Shown here: positions 62,323-64,000 of the stretch, piece after piece
How the letters are laid out: every line of letters begins with the position of its first letter
Numbering within the stretch: the first letter of the stretch is position 1
NCBI GenBank assembly: GCA_013265495.1
Contig: PNXW01005189.1
Span: 62,001-126,000, forward strand
Direction: 5' to 3'
Length of the DNA: 64,000 nt
DNA from: Vicugna vicugna
Lineage: Eukaryota
Made by a program: the position numbers and the translations under genes
The notes under the pieces: model-generated
What the model saw: the letters and a program-made list of their open reading frames with translations, nothing else
Told to the model about the DNA's origin: nothing
Database searches by the model: none

Positions 62323-63294
62323 CCCAGAGGCACCACACACACTGAAGGCAATGCGAGCAAAGACCCTGGGGTTGGAGGACAGCATGGATGACAACCCTAG
62401 TGGTATGGCAATCCTGGTGGAGATATTCTCAGGGCCTCTAGCAGGGGTATCCTTAAGGATACCTCTATCTCGGGAAACACTGGAAAATTCTTAGAAGCCC
62501 CTCTATGGGGCGTATGTGCCAGATGATTCCACAACCGTCTCACATGACAGGCACTCCCCAACTCACACATGGCTTTTGACCTTCAAAGTTATACAAGTCA
62601 ATGTTCTGAAAATGGAGCACAGTTTTTTTGCAAAGAAATGTTCATGCTAAAAGAGGCTGTTTGATTCCCTGCTCCGTTGGCTTGCCCTGTTCTCTGCACA
62701 CGGCAGGGCCTGCTTTACCCGTGGTGGAGCTGTGATGGGTGTGCGAGGCCTCTGTGGTCTGGTCTGGGGAGGTTCCGGTCACCTTGAGTCATGGGAAAAC
62801 CGGTGGTGAAGGAGCAGTGGGGAGTGGGCGGAGACAGCCTGGCCTGGGACGGAGGCACGAGGAGTCACAGGCCTGAAGATTCCTGCTCTGTTGTAAGCTC
62901 AGCTATCCGAGGTCACCTCCGTGAGGCTCTGAGGAGAGCCAAGTGTCTGTTTCCGTCTCTACCAGTGCCTTGCTGGTGACTTCGAACCCAATCTCTTGGT
63001 CACTCAAGTCTTGCTAGGTCCCCTGTTCAGGAGATTTAATAAATTTTTCTAGTAACACATCTCATTTCCATGCTGGTTCCATGAAGGACTTGTAAGGGTA
63101 GATTCAATGCATGCTGCCATTGTAGGGAGTCACAACGCCATACTCATGCCTGTGTCCCTCGGGGTGGCTGAGCACAGACTCACATAGCACACACGCAGTG
63201 TGATGTCCTGTGTCCCCCACTGAGGGACATGCATTCCCTGGCATTTCCCTGCTCTCTTCCCTAAAGGCTTTGTCCAAAAGGTTAATTATTTAGC

Positions 63295-63445
63295 AAGAGT
63301 GTATAGAAAAGAACACTGGGCTTGGAGATTCAATCTTGCTTTTCCCTCTCTCTCTCTTCATTTCTGTCCTCCCCAAAAACTAGCTAGAAAGCAAGGAAGC
63401 TGCAGTCCTTACCTATTACCTGGGCTGTAAAATGAGAGGCATTTA
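63295..63445 (+). mobile_element. MIR fragment
   Basis: 'tagaaaagaacactgggcttggag...ctgtaaaatgagaggc'. Confidence 0.45.
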
Positions 63446-64000
63446 GAAGACATCAAACCTTAAGCACCCAAGAAAGGCCAATCTCCTTAAATAACCCAGT
63501 TTCTCCAACCAAAAGGAGAAAGGGGAATTCAGACTAAAAGGGATCCAAGTAAAGTGAAACACTGTGATTCTGTAACTCAGAATAATGGCTCTTTTTAGGG
63601 GGAGAGAGGAAGCTGTGATTGGCAAGAATAATTTTCATGGACAGACTTCAAGAGTGGCTGGGAAAATGTTTTGTTTTGTTTTGTTTTGTTTTTGACTTAG
63701 ATGAAAGTTACAAGGGATTTTTGCACTTTCCCTGTGTTTTATTTTATAAAAAAAAGTTTTAAAAATAACAGTAATAAAATAAAAAGTAATCTTGAGAAAA
63801 AGTGTCTAAAGAGTTTGAAGGATGATTAGAAGAATAGAACGTCACAAAAATTAAGGGAAGAAATGTCAAGAAAGAGAACTATTTCAGTGTGAAATGCTGC
63901 AGACAAATCCAATGTGTCCCTTCTATGTTGCAATGAAGCAATCCTGGGTGACACTAGCAATGAGAGTTGCATTGAAGATGATACAGGAAAAACAGGGCAC

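Noticed and set aside
1..64000. The many 60-134 aa ORFs in the ORF track as host genes
   Set aside because: They are short, many start at TTG/GTG, and many lie in repeats or microsatellites. The only recognisable homologies are to L1 ORF1/ORF2. No consistent multi-exon structure was found.

Overview
This is an AT-rich, repeat-dense stretch of eutherian genomic DNA, intergenic or deep intronic. It is most likely camelid: it carries a tRNA-derived vic-1-type SINE and artiodactyl-type L1 3' tails, and I recognised no Alu, Bov-A/BovB, PRE-1 or SINEC copies. I recognise no intact host protein-coding gene, RNA gene or CRISPR array. The only ORF-track peptides with recognisable homology are decayed L1 ORF1/ORF2 pieces. 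The window is mostly a mosaic of L1, L2, MIR, MaLR/ERVL/ERV1 solo LTRs and Tigger/hAT DNA-transposon relics. Repeat family names come from my recall of consensus sequences, and many boundaries are approximate. The most notable signals are: (1) an ancient CR1/L3-clade reverse-transcriptase relic at about 44.8-45.3 kb, missed by the ORF track and abutting a CpG-retaining block, which may have been exapted; (2) a roughly 4-kb repeat-poor island at 13.2-17.2 kb with enhancer- and promoter-like motifs; (3) an apparently perfect 266-bp tandem duplication at the 5' end of an ERV1 solo LTR; (4) a twin-primed, 5'-inverted L1; (5) a compact L1 made of 5'UTR plus 3'UTR; (6) a speculative minus-strand exon/small ORF framed by two co-oriented LTRs. 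I cannot support a claim of a wholly new biological system from sequence alone.
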